From: Actinomycetota bacterium
Lineage (GTDB): Bacteria > Actinomycetota > AC-67
Direction of reading: 5' to 3'
Length of the DNA: 64,000 bases
Assembly (NCBI GenBank): GCA_036397635.1
Contig: DASWIP010000080.1
Span: forward strand, 37,792-101,791
The notes under the pieces were generated by a model. The model worked only from the letters and a program-made list of their open reading frames with translations, had not been told where the DNA came from and made no database searches. Positions within the stretch are counted from its first letter, which is position 1. Every line of letters starts with the position of its first letter. A program made the position numbers and the translations under genes. Positions 1 to 8,818 of this stretch are shown in pieces.

Positions 1-325
1 CCTCCGCGTCGTCGGCGTTATCGAGAACATGGCGACCTTCATCTGCCCGGGCTGCGGTGAGCAGCACGACATCTTCGGGTCAGGCGGCGGTGCGCTGCTC
101 GCCGAGCAGCTGGACACGACGCTGCTCGGACGGGTGCCGATCGATCAGCGGTTGCGTGAGGGCTCGGACGAAGGCAAGCCGCTCGTGCTCACCGATCCGG
201 AGTCACCTGCCGCGAAGGTGCTGCTGGAGATCGCGCGCGAGATCGGCAAGACCGGCCCGTCACTGGCCGGCAAGCGCCTGCCGCTGCTCAGCGGTCCGAT
301 GGGCGCGGGCGGCCACGGCCACTAG
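1..325 (+). CDS. mrp: Fe-S cluster carrier ATPase Mrp/ApbC, C-terminal part (5' end outside window)
   Basis: Translation '...VIENMATFICPGCGEQHDIFGSGGG...' matches the conserved C-terminal region of Mrp/ApbC (CPxCG motif). In frame from position 2, stop at 325. Confidence 0.75.
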   Translation, partial: LRVVGVIENMATFICPGCGEQHDIFGSGGGALLAEQLDTTLLGRVPIDQRLREGSDEGKPLVLTDPESPAAKVLLEIAREIGKTGPSLAGKRLPLLSGPMGAGGHGH

Positions 326-911
326 CGCCGTTGCTCGCGTAGCGAAGCCACAGGTCCCCGACCGCGCGTCCGAGCAACATCCCTCCGATCACGTCGGACG
401 GATAGTGCACGCCCACGTAAACGCGCGAGAACGCGACCATGCGTGGGATCTTGCCCAGGAACCCTCGGGCCGGCGCCGTCACGCGATCCTCCACCACGCG
501 TGTCATCGCGGCGGCGACGGCCGGGTGCCCGCTCGGATAGCTCAGCCCGGCCGGTTTGCGGACGAGGACATCGACGGTGCCCGTGTCGTAGGGACGGGCC
601 CGGCGGAACAGCGGCTTGGCGGCCTGCGCCAGCGTCCAGGCGATCCCGCCGGCGGCGGTGAGGTCGCGCGCCAGGCGCCGGCGACCGCTCAGCCAGAGGA
701 CCGCGCTCGCGCCGGCGATCGCGTAGGTCGAGCCCAGATCGGTCAAGACCGGCATCGCCTTGTCGAAGGTGTCCGAGCGACGGTGCGCGATCGCCTCCCT
801 CGCACGCGCGTCCGCCACGGCGATGCGGCCGCGCGCGGCGAAGCCGAGCGCGGCCGCAGCCGCGAGCCTCAGCACCGGCCCGGCGAGTCCGGGTCGTCGC
901 GCGCGCGCCAC
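288..911 (-). CDS. PAP2-family phosphatase (phosphatidic acid phosphatase type 2)
   Basis: 207 aa with the PAP2 signature motifs 'SYPSGH' and 'YVGVHYPSDV'. Lies immediately downstream of tatA on the minus strand. Confidence 0.7.
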   Translation of the reverse strand: MARARRPGLAGPVLRLAAAAALGFAARGRIAVADARAREAIAHRRSDTFDKAMPVLTDLGSTYAIAGASAVLWLSGRRRLARDLTAAGGIAWTLAQAAKPLFRRARPYDTGTVDVLVRKPAGLSYPSGHPAVAAAMTRVVEDRVTAPARGFLGKIPRMVAFSRVYVGVHYPSDVIGGMLLGRAVGDLWLRYASNGASGRGRPRPSDR

Positions 912-913
912 CC

Positions 914-1306
914 CTACGTGTCCTCGAGCAACCGGGCGTCGCGGTCGAGCGCCGGCTCGGGAGGCGCCTGCTCGGCCGGAGGCTCGGCCGGGTGGGGTGC
1001 CGGCGGGCCGTCCGGCGCTCCGATGCGCTCGGTCCCCTCGGGTGCAGGCTCGGCCGGCGCCTGTTGCGACGAGGGCGTGTCGGGACGATCGATGACGCCG
1101 ACGGTGCTGCGGGGCGCATCGTCCTCGACGGCCGAGCGCAGCACATCGGCCGCCTTCTGTCCCTCGGCTTGGAACGTGCGGATCGCTTTGCCGAGGCTGC
1201 GCGCGATCTCCGGCAGCTTGTTGGGCCCGAAGATCATCAGGGCGAGCAGCAGGATCACGAACAGCTCTCCCATCCCCAGGTTCTGGATGAAGCCGATGGT
1301 CCCCAT
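914..1306 (-). CDS. tatA: Twin-arginine translocase subunit TatA/E
   Basis: N-terminus 'MGTIGFIQNLGMGELFVILLLALMIFGPNKLPEIARSLGKAIRTFQ' is a canonical TatA TM helix plus amphipathic helix. The C-terminus is Pro/Glu-rich. The ATG at 1306 lies 1 nt after the htrA stop. Confidence 0.85.
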   Translation of the reverse strand: MGTIGFIQNLGMGELFVILLLALMIFGPNKLPEIARSLGKAIRTFQAEGQKAADVLRSAVEDDAPRSTVGVIDRPDTPSSQQAPAEPAPEGTERIGAPDGPPAPHPAEPPAEQAPPEPALDRDARLLEDT

Positions 1307-1307
1307 A

Positions 1308-2561
1308 TCAGCGCTCCGAACGTTCGGCGAGGGTGGCGGTCGTCGTGCGCCGCTCGCCGTCGCGCACATAGATGATCGAGACACGGTCGCCGACGTCCTT
1401 GGTGATCAGGTAGCTGATCAGCTCTTCGAAGGAGGAGATGGTTCGGCCGTCCATCCCGACGATCACGTCCTCGGCGCGCAGGCCCGCGCGAGCCGCCGGC
1501 GCCCCAGCGAGCACGCTGGACACCAAGGCTCCCCGCCGGCCGGGGATGCTAGAGCCCTCGATCCCCAAGAACGGCAGGCTCGCGGTGCCCGTCTCGATGA
1601 TCTGATCGGCGACCTTGCGCACCGTGTCGATGGGGATCGCGAACCCGATGCCGACATTGCCACCGACGTCGCTGCCCAGGATCGCGGTGTTGATCCCGAT
1701 CACCTCACCGTTGATGTTGGCGAGCGCGCCGCCGGAGTTGCCGGGGTTGATCGCGGCGTCGGTCTGTATGGCATCGGGGATCCCCGACGCCGCGCCCTGG
1801 AGCGCGTTGCGATGCAACGCGCTGATCACGCCGGATGTGACGGTCGCCTCGAGGCCGAACGGGCTGCCGATCGCGACCGCCAGCTCACCCACGCGAAGGT
1901 CGTTGGAGGTGCCGAACGTCGCAGCGGGCAGCCCCTCGCGCGCGACCTTGATCACCGCGATGTCCACCACGGGCATCGCCGTACCTACCAGCGCGCCGGG
2001 GAGCCGGTCGCCGCTGGGCAGGCGCACCTGGATCTCGTCGGCGTCACGGACCACGTGGTCGTTGGTGATGATGTAGCCGTCGGAACGGTAGATCACTCCC
2101 GAGCCGACGGCCTGCTGTCCGAAGTCTCCGGCGACGTCGATCTGAACGATGTTGGGCAGCACCGCTTCGGCGACCGCGGCGGCGGCGTTCGCGGGCTCGT
2201 CCGGTGGATCCTCGATCGGCGGGGAGACGCGAACAACGGAGCCGCCGCTCACGCGGTCCTCGAACGCGTAGAAAGCCCCGACCGCCCCCGCCGCCGCGCC
2301 GAGCACGGCGGCGATCAGCGCGACGAGCACCACGACCGCGAAGCTCCGATGCGGCGGTCCCAGTCGCTCGTCCCAGAACGGTGTCGGGGGCTCCTCGGCC
2401 GGCTCCGGCTCGCCGCTAATCGGCCCGTCCATAGGCGGCTCCAGATCAAGCTCGGCGTGCGGCTCGGCCGGCAACCGATGCTCCACCGCCCGGACGTCCT
2501 CATCCGGCTCCGGCGCGAGCGCCAGCTCGAACGGAAGATCCGCCTTCTCGGGATCGCTCAT
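1308..2561 (-). CDS. HtrA/DegP-like trypsin-family serine protease with PDZ domain
   Basis: Catalytic-triad context 'ITNDHVV', 'GNSGGAL', and a C-terminal PDZ-like segment. An N-terminal TM segment precedes them. Start chosen at the ATG ('MSDPEK', 2561). The longer ORF upstream is low-complexity. Confidence 0.8.
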   Translation of the reverse strand: MSDPEKADLPFELALAPEPDEDVRAVEHRLPAEPHAELDLEPPMDGPISGEPEPAEEPPTPFWDERLGPPHRSFAVVVLVALIAAVLGAAAGAVGAFYAFEDRVSGGSVVRVSPPIEDPPDEPANAAAAVAEAVLPNIVQIDVAGDFGQQAVGSGVIYRSDGYIITNDHVVRDADEIQVRLPSGDRLPGALVGTAMPVVDIAVIKVAREGLPAATFGTSNDLRVGELAVAIGSPFGLEATVTSGVISALHRNALQGAASGIPDAIQTDAAINPGNSGGALANINGEVIGINTAILGSDVGGNVGIGFAIPIDTVRKVADQIIETGTASLPFLGIEGSSIPGRRGALVSSVLAGAPAARAGLRAEDVIVGMDGRTISSFEELISYLITKDVGDRVSIIYVRDGERRTTTATLAERSER

Positions 2562-2646
2562 CGGCTCTATCCTACGGCCCGCGCGATGGTGCGGCCGCGG
2601 GCCGCCGCTCGCGTGCCATGATGGCAGCATCGAGAGGAGGCCGAGC

Positions 2647-2901
2647 ATGCCCGACGACCAGGAGCAGCGGACGGAGGCCGAAGGCGAGAAGCAACGACGC
2701 TTCGGAAAGGTCGAGGCACGCTGGACCGCGGCCGGCATCATCGCGCTACTGTTCGGGATATTCGTGGCACAGAACAGCGACCCGGTGCGAGTCTCGTTCG
2801 TGTTCTTCGACGCCGAGGTGCGCTTGATCTGGGTCTTCCTGATCTGCGGCGTCATCGGCGGGATCGTGGACCGGCTCCTGCAGCGGCGCGGGATCCTATA
2901 G
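2647..2901 (+). CDS. Small membrane protein, LapA/DUF1049-like
   Basis: 84 aa with a single hydrophobic helix flanked by charged residues. Strong SD 'AGAGGAGG' lies before the ATG. Confidence 0.5.
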   Translation: MPDDQEQRTEAEGEKQRRFGKVEARWTAAGIIALLFGIFVAQNSDPVRVSFVFFDAEVRLIWVFLICGVIGGIVDRLLQRRGIL

Positions 2902-2927
2902 CAGCATCACTGCACGTCGGGACGGGT

Positions 2928-3707
2928 TCAGAAGAATCGAACCTTGGCCGCGAACTCGCTGGCCAGCGCGAGGATGACCGCCAAGTAGAAGAACCCGGTC
3001 GCCGCCTGTAACGAGTTCTCCTTGATCAGCGCGCGGATGAACAGAGCCATCACCGCGCACAGCGCGGCCAGGCCGACCGCGAGCGACACGGTCAGAACCC
3101 CGACGCCCAGCAAGGGTGAGAAGTCGGGGCGTGCCTCTCCCCCACCGGTGCCCCCGAGCAGCACCGCGAGCGCGGCCAGAGCGGTCCCGCTGAGGAAGAA
3201 TAAGTTGATCCGGCCCAGGTATTCACGCGACAGCTTCCGGTCCACCAGATGCCAATGGCCGAGCAGCAACCCGTCCACGACCGCGCCGGCGAACAGCGCG
3301 CCCGCGAGCAACTGGAACGCCGCCAACGGCGCGCCGTTGCGCTCTGCCGGGACCAGCGCCATCGCGATCAGCGCAGCGACCCCGACGGGCACCACCGCGA
3401 TGCCGACGACGCGCACGACACCCGGCGCGCGCAACCACACCACGACCTGCCAGACCACGGTCGCCACCGCGAACGCGCCGAGCAGCGCGAGCGCCGCCGC
3501 GCCCTCGCCTGCATCGGACAACGGGCCGCGCGCAGCGAGGAACGCCAGGATCGCGAAGGCCGCGAGCACTGCCCCATTGACCTTGTAGAAGCTCTCGCGC
3601 ACGCGGCCCCACAACGGCGTCAGCCACAGCACCGCCAGGCCACCGACCGCGATCTCGGCCAGCACCAGGGCGAGCACCATCGCGGGTCCACCGAGGGGAT
3701 CATCCAT
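2928..3707 (-). CDS. Polytopic integral membrane protein (hypothetical)
   Basis: 259 aa, multiple hydrophobic helices, GC3-rich codons. No recognisable catalytic motif. Confidence 0.55.
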   Translation of the reverse strand: MDDPLGGPAMVLALVLAEIAVGGLAVLWLTPLWGRVRESFYKVNGAVLAAFAILAFLAARGPLSDAGEGAAALALLGAFAVATVVWQVVVWLRAPGVVRVVGIAVVPVGVAALIAMALVPAERNGAPLAAFQLLAGALFAGAVVDGLLLGHWHLVDRKLSREYLGRINLFFLSGTALAALAVLLGGTGGGEARPDFSPLLGVGVLTVSLAVGLAALCAVMALFIRALIKENSLQAATGFFYLAVILALASEFAAKVRFF

Positions 3708-3760
3708 GGGTGTTCATTCGCGCGGTTCGACTGAGGCGCGCGCGGCCGCCATGATAGCGG

Positions 3761-4138
3761 GTGATGGCAGACGACATCGTCCCCGGTCTGGCCGGCGAAG
3801 CGAGGCGCGTGGTGACCGAGGCTCAGACCGCGATCGGGCTCGGGTCCGGCGACGTGCCGGTCTTCGGGACGCCCGCGCTGCTCGCGATGATGGAGGAAGC
3901 TGCTGTGGCCGCGCTGCTCGGGGCGCTGCCCGACGGGCGGACCAGTGTCGGCGTCTCGGTCGAGCTCGAGCATCTCGCACCCTCGCGCGTTGGCGCTGAG
4001 GTGCGTGCGCTCGCGCGCATGGTGTCGGCCGAGGGCGGACGCGTGATCTTCGATTGCGAAGCTTACGACGGGGAGACGCTGATCGGGCGGGCGAGGCATG
4101 CGCGCGCGATCGTTGATCGCGTGCGCTTCGGCCGATGA
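3761..4138 (+). CDS. Hotdog-fold thioesterase (FlK/YbgC-like)
   Basis: 125 aa. Central 'TSVGVSVELEHLAPSRVGAEV' followed by a Gly-rich strand, typical of small acyl-CoA thioesterases. Stop overlaps the next start (ATGA). Confidence 0.55.
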   Translation: MMADDIVPGLAGEARRVVTEAQTAIGLGSGDVPVFGTPALLAMMEEAAVAALLGALPDGRTSVGVSVELEHLAPSRVGAEVRALARMVSAEGGRVIFDCEAYDGETLIGRARHARAIVDRVRFGR

Positions 4139-4452
4139 GCACGTACGTCGAGGCCGCGCGCTTGACGGACGTCCCGCCGGGGACCGGCCGGAACGTCGAC
4201 GTGGACGGCCGGCCTGTTGCGCTGTTCAACCTGGACGGGACGTTCTACGCCTACGAGGGAGTCTGCCTGCATCGCGGCGGCCCCGTCGGCGAGGGTGATG
4301 TCGAGGACAGCGTGGTCACGTGTCCCTGGCACGGCTGGCAGTACGAGGTCGCAACAGGCCGGCACACGCTCGATCCTACGATCGGCCTCCGCCCCTACGA
4401 CGTACGGGTCGAAGGGGACGCGGTCCTCGTGGCGATCCCCGATCAGCCCTGA
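4135..4452 (+). CDS. Rieske [2Fe-2S] domain protein (NirD / Rieske ferredoxin-like)
   Basis: Rieske ligand motifs 'CLHRGG' and 'CPWHGW' about 17 residues apart. 105 aa. Confidence 0.8.
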   Translation: MSTYVEAARLTDVPPGTGRNVDVDGRPVALFNLDGTFYAYEGVCLHRGGPVGEGDVEDSVVTCPWHGWQYEVATGRHTLDPTIGLRPYDVRVEGDAVLVAIPDQP

Positions 4453-5969
4453 GCAAGCACGTACTCGACCAAGGTGCGCACGCCCGAGCCGGTCGCCCAC
4501 TTGCTGTTCTCGAATTCGTCCCTATCCGCCTTCGCGGTCCCCGCGATGTCCAGGTGCACCCACGGGGTGTCCCCGGCGAACTGCTTCAGGAACAGAGCGG
4601 CCTGCGTCGCGCCGGCCCCGACGTCGATGCTGCGATGATTGCGCAGGTCGGCGATGTCCGACTTCATGACCGGGAGATACTCCATCTCGAGGGGAAGCTC
4701 CCACGCCTTCTCCCCCGCTCGCTCCGCCGCGTCGAGCACCTTGCGGGTTTCGCTGCGGGGCTCCCCCACAACGCCGAAGACTTTGTTCCCGAGCGCGATC
4801 ACACAAGCACCGGTCAGCGTCGCGATATCCACGATCACATCGGCGCCGCGCTCGCGCGCGTAGGCGATCGCGTCGGCCATCACCAGACGGCCCTCCGCGT
4901 CGGTGTTCCCGATCTCCACGGTCGTTCCGCCGTATTGTGTGATCACGTCGCCGGGCCGCAACGCGTTGCCGTCTGGCATGTTCTCGGCGGTTGCGATGTA
5001 GGCCCACACGTTGACCTTCGGCTTCAAGTGCGCGATCGCCTCCATGGCCCCGAGCACCGCTCCGCCGCCGCCCATATCCATCTTCATCCAGTCGATACCG
5101 CTGGTGCCCGGCTTGAGGTTCAGACCGCCGGAGTCGAACGTGATGCCTTTGCCGACGAGCGCGATCGTGCGCTTCGCGCCGGCCGGCTCGTAGCGCAGCT
5201 CGATCAAGCGCGGAGCCTTCGGGCTGCCACGGCCGACGCCGAGGATGCCGCCGAACCCTTTCGCCTCCAGCTCCTTCTCGTCGAAGACCTTGATCTTGAG
5301 CCTGGTATCCTTCGCGATCCGCCGCGCTTCCTGCGCCAGCGACTCGGGGCTCTTGTCGTTCGACGGAGTGTTGGTCAGGTCGCGCGCGAGGTTCTGGCCC
5401 CGCGCGACCACCTGGGCGCGATCGACCTCCTTGCGTAACGCGCGCGCGTTCCACTTCTTCTCGCCGAGCAGCGTCACCGTCTCGACCACGTTCGGCACGC
5501 CGTTCTGCTGGGCCTTGTACCGCTGGTAACGATAGGTAGCCAGCTCGAAGCCCTCGACGAACAGGCGAACCACCGCGTCGGTGCCACCCTTGACGGCGCG
5601 AGGGATGGTCGTCGCGACGCTGCTCGCACCTCCGCTGCGACGCGCGACCATCGCGCCTGCCTTCATCGCGACGGTGCCCTTGGCCCCGGCCCGCTCTCCC
5701 ATCCCGATCAACAAGACAGACCTCGCGGGCAAACGGCCGAGCGTTTCGAACGCGATCGCGTCGCCCAGCTCGCCGGCGAACGTCGGCCTCTTCGTCGAGA
5801 TCTCGCCCAGCTGCGGCGTCCGCGCGATCACGTCGGCCAGCGACACGTCCAGCGCTGCGAGCACCTCCTTGACACCCGGCCCGGCCTCGCCGCCCTTGAA
5901 GACCGGCAGCGCGAGGACATCGCAGGAGACATCCTGCGGTCGATCGATTGAGAGAGAGAACGTGGCCAT
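4443..5969 (-). CDS. pepA: Leucyl aminopeptidase (M17 family)
   Basis: 508 aa with the M17 signature 'NTDAEGRL', 'GKGITFDSGG' and metal ligands. Confidence 0.9.
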   Translation of the reverse strand: MATFSLSIDRPQDVSCDVLALPVFKGGEAGPGVKEVLAALDVSLADVIARTPQLGEISTKRPTFAGELGDAIAFETLGRLPARSVLLIGMGERAGAKGTVAMKAGAMVARRSGGASSVATTIPRAVKGGTDAVVRLFVEGFELATYRYQRYKAQQNGVPNVVETVTLLGEKKWNARALRKEVDRAQVVARGQNLARDLTNTPSNDKSPESLAQEARRIAKDTRLKIKVFDEKELEAKGFGGILGVGRGSPKAPRLIELRYEPAGAKRTIALVGKGITFDSGGLNLKPGTSGIDWMKMDMGGGGAVLGAMEAIAHLKPKVNVWAYIATAENMPDGNALRPGDVITQYGGTTVEIGNTDAEGRLVMADAIAYARERGADVIVDIATLTGACVIALGNKVFGVVGEPRSETRKVLDAAERAGEKAWELPLEMEYLPVMKSDIADLRNHRSIDVGAGATQAALFLKQFAGDTPWVHLDIAGTAKADRDEFENSKWATGSGVRTLVEYVLAQG

Positions 5970-6102
5970 GAGATCGACTCCTCATCCGTCGGGAGAACGA
6001 CCCCGAGTATATGCACGGACCTCGCGAACCGGAAGGTGACAGCCGGCATCCCGGCGTGGAAGGATGCGTCAGAGTTGCATCCGTCACGAGCGGGAGGGAA
6101 CC

Positions 6103-6405
6103 ATGGTCACGATGCTGGTGTTCTACCGGGCGCCTGCCGACGCCGAGGCTTTCGAGAAGCGTTACGTCGAGGGCCATCTGCCCAAGATAGGGGAGTACCA
6201 GAACATCAAGGAGTTCTCGTTCCACAAGGTGTCACGCAAGGTCATGGGCGACTTCCCGTATGAGTACGTGTTCTCGGGCTCTTGGGCGGACAAGGACGGC
6301 TGGAAGGCGGACCTCGGCAGCGACGCGGCGAAGCAGGCGACCGAGGACGCGAACACCTTCGCCGAAGGCCTGTTCGACGTCGTCCTGCTCGAGCAGCTCG
6401 CCTGA
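6103..6405 (+). CDS. EthD-family / dimeric alpha-beta barrel protein
   Basis: About 100 aa 'MVTMLVFYRAPADAEAFEKRYVEGHLP...'. SD 'GGGAGGG' before the ATG at 6103. Confidence 0.55.
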   Translation: MVTMLVFYRAPADAEAFEKRYVEGHLPKIGEYQNIKEFSFHKVSRKVMGDFPYEYVFSGSWADKDGWKADLGSDAAKQATEDANTFAEGLFDVVLLEQLA

Positions 6406-6415
6406 GGAGCCGTCG

Positions 6416-7207
6416 ATGAGCGACACGATCATCTACGACGTCTCCGACGGTATCGCGACGATCACGCTGAACCGGCCCGATTCGCTGAACGCGCTCAACA
6501 CCGAACTGAGCAACGCGTTCATCAAGGCGATCGGGGACGCCGGGTCGGACCTGGGGGTGCGCGCGGTGATCATCACCGGCGCGGGGCGCGCGTTCTGCGC
6601 CGGCGCCGATCTCGCCGAGGTGCAGAACCAGATGGAAGGCGGGAAGCAGATGCGCCCGGACGAGATCCTGCGCACCCGCTACAACCCGATCGTGCTCGGC
6701 ATCACCGAGATGCCCAAGCCCGTGATCGCCGCCGTGAACGGCGCAGCCGCCGGCGCGGGCTCATCGGTCGCGCTCGCATGCGACATCCGCATCGCCGGTG
6801 ACAAGGCCAAGTTCCTGCAGGCTTTCATCAAGATCGGGCTGATCCCCGACTCGGGCGCTCACTGGCTGCTCCCTCGTTTGGTCGGGCAGGCCAAGGCGAC
6901 GGAGCTCGCGATAACCGGCGAGACGATCGACGCCGAGGAGGCGCTGCGGATCGGGATGGTCAACCGCGTGGTGCCGCAGGCCGAGCTGCTCGAGCAGGCG
7001 ACGGCGTGGGCCAAGCGGTTCGCCACCGGCCCGACCGTGGCGTACGGGCTGACCAAGAAGGCGTTCCGTCTGGCGGCAACCGCGGACCTGTCGACCGTTC
7101 TGGACATCGAGGCCGACCTGCAGGCCGAGGCGGCACTGACCCGCGACAGCGTCGAAGGCGTGGTCGCGTTCATCGAGAAGCGCGACGCGACGTTCGAGGG
7201 CAGATAA
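6416..7207 (+). CDS. Enoyl-CoA hydratase/isomerase (crotonase family)
   Basis: 'ITLNRPDSLNALN', 'AGADL', oxyanion-hole context 'AAVNGAAAGAG'. SD 'GAGGAG' upstream of the ATG at 6416. Confidence 0.85.
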   Translation: MSDTIIYDVSDGIATITLNRPDSLNALNTELSNAFIKAIGDAGSDLGVRAVIITGAGRAFCAGADLAEVQNQMEGGKQMRPDEILRTRYNPIVLGITEMPKPVIAAVNGAAAGAGSSVALACDIRIAGDKAKFLQAFIKIGLIPDSGAHWLLPRLVGQAKATELAITGETIDAEEALRIGMVNRVVPQAELLEQATAWAKRFATGPTVAYGLTKKAFRLAATADLSTVLDIEADLQAEAALTRDSVEGVVAFIEKRDATFEGR

Positions 7208-7210
7208 GCA

Positions 7211-7234
7211 AAGGGGCCCCGATGGGGGCCCTTC
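7211..7234. terminator. GC hairpin between convergent genes (hydratase + / secreted protein -)
   Basis: 'aaggggcccc gatg ggggcccttc' (one bulge). Confidence 0.35.
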
Positions 7235-7251
7235 GCTGCTGCTCGGATCGG

Positions 7252-7725
7252 CTAGACCAGCTTCTGATAATGCACCACGCTGTAGTTGTCGACCGTGATG
7301 GTCACGGTGCCGGTTCCCTCGGGCATCTCGATGCTTTGGCTCTCCCAGCGCTCCGTCTGCGGGTCGGTGGCCCAGTGCCACTCGATCGAGATCGTCGTGT
7401 CGCCGAACTGCCACGTCGCCGGGCCCGGATTCGCAGTCTGCGGGAGGCGTGTCACAGCGACAATCGCATGGGTAGCCCCGGGGGTGAGGTAGTTCGTGTC
7501 GACGAAGGGCAGGTCGGGATCGCCGGCTGTGAGGCAACCATTCGTCCCGGCGTTGAATCCGCGCCGGGCCGCGCCTGCGTCGGCACCCGAGAAGATCACG
7601 ATGTGCCCGGCGTCGCGGAGACAGTTCTCCTCATTGTCTTCCGTCGGATCCGCCTGTGCGCCCAACGGCGCGAGCATCAGCGCGGCAAGCGCGGCCGCCG
7701 CGAGCATGACGGTGCGATTCCTCAT
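7252..7725 (-). CDS. Secreted hypothetical protein
   Basis: Signal peptide 'MRNRTVMLAAAALAALMLAPLGAQA' from the in-frame ATG at 7725. Unknown function. Confidence 0.5.
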   Translation of the reverse strand: MRNRTVMLAAAALAALMLAPLGAQADPTEDNEENCLRDAGHIVIFSGADAGAARRGFNAGTNGCLTAGDPDLPFVDTNYLTPGATHAIVAVTRLPQTANPGPATWQFGDTTISIEWHWATDPQTERWESQSIEMPEGTGTVTITVDNYSVVHYQKLV

Positions 7726-7882
7726 GGGACCTCCCATCGTCTTCAGGCCTCTTGGGCCCGGCGGCGCGCCCCCGACCCCGCATCGATGGATTCGCCGGAG
7801 CTTCCGCCTCTCCTGCTTCCAGCCCCGTCGAGGCAGCGTGGTGAGGGGTACGATTGAGGAGAACCCCACAAGGGAGACCGTC

Positions 7883-8803
7883 ATGAGCTACGAGGAGAAG
7901 GTCGCAGCCTTCAAGGCGCGCATCGACGCCGGCGAGAAGATCGAGGCCTCGGATTGGATGCCCGACGCCTACCGCGAGGCGGCGTTGAAGTTCATCGAGA
8001 TGCACGCCAACTCCGAGATCATGGGCGCGTTGCCCGAGCGCGAGTGGATCCCGCGCGCGCCATCGCTGCGACGCAAGCTCTCGCTGACCGCCAAGGTCCA
8101 GGACGAGGTCGGCCACGCACAGATCCTGTACCGGATCGCCGAGGACCTCGGGAAGAGCCGCGAGGCGATGTTCGAGGATCTGATCAACGGCCGCACCAAG
8201 TTCCATAACGTGTTCCATTACCCGACCTATTCGTGGGGCGACGTCGCCGTGATCGGGTTCCTGATCGACGGCGCGGCGCTGGTGACACAGCGCGCGCTGC
8301 TCGACTCGTCTTATGCGCCGTACGTGCGCGCGATGAAGCGCATCTGCGCTGAGGAGTCGCTGCATCTACGCCACGGTGAGGACCTGCTGCTCGAGCTGGC
8401 GAACGGCACCGACGAGCAGCGCGCGATGTTCCAAGACGCCGTCGATCGCTGGTGGCGGCCGATCATGCACTTCTACGGCCCGCCGTCGAACCCCGAGAAG
8501 GACGTGCTGCTGCACTGGGGCATCAAGACCCGCTCGAACGAGGATCTGCGCAACGAGTTCTTCGACACCTACGTGCCGAAGCTCTGGGATCTCGGTTTCA
8601 GCGTTCCCGACCCGGATCTTCGATGGGACGGCGAGACCTGGAAATGGGGTTCAGAGGACTGGGCGCACTGGGACGAATTCTGGCAGGTCGTGCGCGGCAA
8701 CGGCCCGATGACGCAGACGCGGCTGACCTACCGGCGCGCGATCTGGGACAACCACGCGTGGTTACGCGATGTGTTCGCAGCCATCCCGCGCGCAGCCGCC
8801 TGA
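7883..8803 (+). CDS. paaA: 1,2-phenylacetyl-CoA epoxidase subunit A
   Basis: 306 aa ferritin-like di-iron oxygenase with ExxH motifs ('EVGHAQ', 'EESLHLRHG') and PaaA-specific conservation. SD 'AGGGAGA' before the ATG. Confidence 0.85.
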   Translation: MSYEEKVAAFKARIDAGEKIEASDWMPDAYREAALKFIEMHANSEIMGALPEREWIPRAPSLRRKLSLTAKVQDEVGHAQILYRIAEDLGKSREAMFEDLINGRTKFHNVFHYPTYSWGDVAVIGFLIDGAALVTQRALLDSSYAPYVRAMKRICAEESLHLRHGEDLLLELANGTDEQRAMFQDAVDRWWRPIMHFYGPPSNPEKDVLLHWGIKTRSNEDLRNEFFDTYVPKLWDLGFSVPDPDLRWDGETWKWGSEDWAHWDEFWQVVRGNGPMTQTRLTYRRAIWDNHAWLRDVFAAIPRAAA

Positions 8804-8818
8804 GCCCTGAAGTTCCCT

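Noticed and set aside
57-2621. 854-aa plus-strand ORF
   Set aside because: Antisense shadow of PAP2/tatA/htrA in high-GC DNA. The translation is Arg/Ala/Gly-rich low complexity with no motif, while the minus-strand genes have clear motifs.
5970-6102. Short palindrome 'ggatgcgtcagagttgcatcc' in the pepA/EthD divergent region
   Set aside because: Only 6-bp arms. Too weak to call an operator without comparative data.
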